From: Mobula hypostoma
Taxonomy: Eukaryota
NCBI RefSeq assembly: GCF_963921235.1
Contig: NC_086097.1
Span: 189,908,001 to 189,972,000 of the forward strand
Length of the DNA: 64,000 bases
Direction of reading: 5' to 3'
The position numbers and the translations under genes were made by a program. The notes beneath the pieces are model-generated. The model worked only from the letters and a program-made list of their open reading frames with translations. It was not told where the DNA came from and made no database searches. Positions 62,180 through 64,000 of this stretch are shown in pieces. Within the stretch, counting starts at the first letter, position 1; every line of letters starts with the position of its first letter.

Positions 62180-64000
62180 ATAGAACATAGAACATAGAAT
62201 AGTATAGCACATTACAGGCCCTTCGGCCCACAATGTTGTGCCGACCCTCAAACCCTGCCTCCCATATAACCTCCCATTTTAAATTCCTCCATATACCTGT
62301 CTAGTAGTCTCCTAAACTTCACTAGTGTATCTGCCTCCACCACTGACTCAGGCAGTGCATTCCACGCACCAACCACTCTCTGAGTAAAAAACCTTCCTCT
62401 AATATTCCCCTTGAACTTCCCACCCCTTACCTTAAAGCCATGTCCTCTTGTATTGAGCAGTGGTATCCTGGGGAAGAGGCGCTGGCTATCCACTCTATCT
62501 ATTCCTCTTAATATCTTGTACACCTCTATCATGTCTCCTCTCATCCTCCTTCTCTCCAAAGAGTAAAGCCCTAGCTCCCTTAATCTCTGATCATAATCCA
62601 TACTCTCTAAACCAGGCAGCATCCTGGTAGATCTCCTCTGTACCCTTTCCAATGCTTCCACATCCTTCCTATAGTGAGGCGACTAGAAATGGATATAGTA
62701 CTCCAAGTGTAGCCTAACCAGAGTTTTATAGAGCTGCATCATTACCTCTTGACTCTTAAACTCTATCCCTAGGCTTATGAAAGCTAACACTCTATAAGCT
62801 TTCTTAACTACCCTATCTACCTATGAGGCAACTTTCAGGGATCTGTGGACATGTACCCCCAGATCCCTCTGCTCATCCACACTACCAAGTATCCTGCCAT
62901 TTACTTTGTACTCTGCCTTGGAGTTTGTCCTTCCAAAGTGTATCACCTTACACTTCTCCGGGTCGAACTCCATCTGCCACTTCTCAGCCCACTTCTGCAT
63001 CCTATCAATGTCTCTCTGCAATCTTCGACAATCCTCTACACTATCTACAACACCACCAACCTTTGTGTCATCTGCAAACTTGCCAACTCACCCTTCTACC
63101 CCCACATCCAGGTCGTTAATAAAAATCACGAAAAGTAGAGGTCCCAGAACAGATTCTTGTGGGACACCACTAGTCACAACCCTCCAATCTGAATGTACTC
63201 CCTCCACCATGACCCTCTGCCTTCTGCAGGCAAGTCAATTTTGAATCCACCTGGCCAAACTTCCCTGGATCCCATGCCTTCTGACTTTCTGAATAAGTCT
63301 ATCGTGTGGAACCTTGTCAAATGCCTTACTAAAATTAATGTATATCACATTCACTGCACTACTCTCATCTATATGCCAGGTCACCTCCTCAAAGAACTCT
63401 ATCAGGCTTGTTAGACACGATCTGCCCTTTACAAAGCCATGCTGACTGTCCCTGATCAGACCATGATTCTCTAAATGCCCATAGATCCTATCTCTAAGAA
63501 TCTTTTCCAACAGCTCTCCCACCACAGACGTAAGGCTCACTGGTCTATAATTACCCAGACTATCCCTACTAACTTTTTTGAACAAGGGGACAACATTCGC
63601 CTTCCTCCAATCCTCCGGTACCATTCCCGTGGACAACAAGGACATAAAGATCCCAGCCAGAGGCTCAGCAATCTTTTCCCTTGGCTCGTGGAGCAGCCTG
63701 GGGAATATTCCGTCAGGCCCCGGGGACCTATCCATCCTAATGTATTTTAAGAACTCCAACACCTCCTCTCCCTTAATATCAACATGCTCCAGAACATCAA
63801 CATCACTCATATTGTCCTCACCAAGTTCCCTCTCATTGGTGAATACCGAAGAGAAGTACTCATTTAGGACCTCGCTCCCTTCCACAGCCTCCAGGCACAT
63901 CTACCCACCTTTATCTCTAATCAATCCTACCTTCACTCCTGTCATCCTTTTGTTCTTCACACAATTGAAGAATGCCTTGGAGTTTTCCTTTACCCTACTT
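62180..64000 (-). mobile_element. Young CR1 LINE, runs off the window end
   Basis: ORFs 63235-63900 (NYRPVSLTS, QHGFVKGRSCLTSL), 62821-63021, 62248-62661; (ttctatg)n tail at 62180. Confidence 0.95.

Noticed and set aside
1..64000. CRISPR array or prokaryotic RT systems (retron, DGR, defence island)
   Set aside because: No regularly spaced repeat-spacer array or operon; all RTs are decayed eukaryotic LINE, LTR or Penelope types.

Overview
Eukaryotic, intergenic or intronic vertebrate DNA made almost entirely of nested, decayed transposable elements. The repeat families (CR1 LINEs, Rex1/Babar-type LINEs, Penelope-like elements with the recurrent 'tctgcagatgctgga...cagcaggccaggcagcatc' terminus) suggest a cartilaginous fish, probably a ray; this is inference, not proof. 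I found no supportable host protein-coding exon; every recognisable ORF is TE-derived. Present are CR1 LINEs (more than a dozen pieces, several young), an RTE LINE, Rex/Babar LINEs, two Gypsy elements (one with both LTRs, tRNA-Ser PBS, PPT and 5-bp TSD), a solo LTR, an LTR+PBS remnant, a full-length dead IR/DR Tc1, Tc1 MITE-like derivatives, a probable Chapaev-type relic, two tRNA-SINEs and many Penelope-like (GIY-YIG) pieces. The most interesting signal is a minimal type I hammerhead ribozyme motif in the Penelope termini (intact at 59248-59283, near-intact at 44925-44960, several decayed copies). In the young insertion at 59185-60200 the inverted terminal segment starts exactly at the predicted cleavage site, and a fold-back derivative at 47657-47844 is centred on ribozyme stem II. 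Also noted: two divergent CTCF-like motifs, an unclassified ~500-bp repeat pair, and TE-poor TAAT-rich islands that may be conserved non-coding elements. Family names come from motif recognition, not database searches.
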